DNA of 63,565 bases, the filler included, from Octopus bimaculoides (lineage: Eukaryota): NCBI RefSeq assembly GCF_001194135.2. It is 7 parts of 6 records of this genome, joined end to end, with 100 filler letters (N's around TTAATTAATTAA, not from the genome) between each part and the next. Parts side by side here need not be neighbours in the genome. Positions count along the whole stretch, not along the records: positions 61,800 to 63,565 come from NC_068991.1; 6 more parts are not named here. The stretch is one strand, 5' to 3'. A program made the position numbers and the translations under genes. The first letter of the stretch is position 1, and every line of letters begins with the position of its first letter. The notes under the pieces were generated by a model. The model made no database searches, was not told where the DNA came from, and saw only the letters and a list, made by a program, of their open reading frames with translations. Of the stretch, positions 62,751 to 63,565 are shown piece after piece.

Positions 62751-62959
62751 TCTGAGCTGTTTTATTGTTATTCCTACAATTAAGCTTTTGTGTGGCTGTT
62801 TTTAATTACAATTACTGATAAAGCTCTTTGTGTTGCTTCTGGTGCCCCTGCCCTTATCGGCGCTGCTGTTGCTGCTGCAGCTGTTGTTGCTGCCTTCGTT
62901 TTTGTTGTTCTTGCTTCTGACAACAACAACAACAGCAACAACAACAACTATCACAAGAA

Positions 62960-63034
62960 CTTCTAACTAGGTCCACTAGTAAGAACAACAATTATAATGG
63001 CAGCAACCAACTGCAGCAGTAGCAGCAGCAGCAA

Positions 63035-63090
<56 letters not shown>

Positions 63091-63179
63091 TTGGTGGTGG
63101 TGGTGGTGGTAGTAGTAGTAAGAAGGCGGTGATAGTGTAGTTGTGCAGGTGCTGGTGACGGAAGTGGTCGTCATGGTGA

Positions 63180-63211
<32 letters not shown>

Positions 63212-63212
63212 A

Positions 63213-63262
<50 letters not shown>

Positions 63263-63330
63263 ATAGTAGTAGTAGTAGTAGTAGTAGTAACAGCAGCAGA
63301 AGCAGCAGCAGTAGTAGTAGTAGTAGTAAA
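62960..63330. repeat. Compound trinucleotide microsatellite (AGT/GCA/GGT)n
   Basis: Directly visible; source of the poly-Y/T/V ORFs. Confidence 0.95.
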
Positions 63331-63515
63331 ACGAGTCGGACCTGTTTGCAGTGAAAACAAGCAACAGCTTGTGTGAATGTTGATTTTTCAATTTGATAAC
63401 AGAGAGGTTGACCTGGGAATACTAATTACGTCACGCTAAATCTTCAATTGATTGGTCAGTTTGGTGTGACGTAAGCAAGCCATACCTATGTGTGTGCATG
63501 AGCGCATATTTGTGC

Positions 63516-63565
<50 letters not shown>

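Noticed and set aside
5443-63391. Long ORFs in the supplied track ([12 protein letters not shown], poly-N/T/V/L, X-runs)
   Set aside because: They are translations of microsatellites or run through N gaps and have no coding signal.

Overview
AT-rich, microsatellite-dense animal genomic DNA with many N gaps. The repeat families and (TA)n/(CA)n/(AAT)n load point to an octopus, possibly Octopus bimaculoides; this is inferred and was not database-checked. Nearly all ORFs in the supplied track are artefacts of microsatellites, gaps or transposon relics. The one host gene I can support is missed by the track. It is a minus-strand KIM-family classical protein tyrosine phosphatase (PTPRR/PTPN5/PTPN7-like) with four small phase-compatible GT-AG exons at 32486-32585, 29513-29591, 12166-12242 and 9735-9872. 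A CpG-rich candidate 5' region lies at about 37.55-37.85 kb. I could not find the catalytic WPD, HCX5R or Q-loop exons in the window. The rest is transposon-derived: three tRNA-type SINE families, RTE and other LINE relics, a mariner relic, piggyBac-type and hAT-type MITEs, a 91-bp Helitron and Penelope-like (PLE) relics. The most notable observations are (1) several minimal hammerhead-ribozyme-like motifs in PLE-type terminal repeats, (2) at least six long palindromes or inverted repeats, (3) sharp CpG-poor and CpG-rich domains whose outer edges fall near six-frame-stop scaffolding linkers (44N-TTAATTAATTAA-44N), and (4) degenerate 39-bp and 32-bp tandem repeats. I found no CRISPR array, rRNA or intact tRNA. 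I see no clearly unprecedented system; the hammerhead/palindrome family is the best lead.
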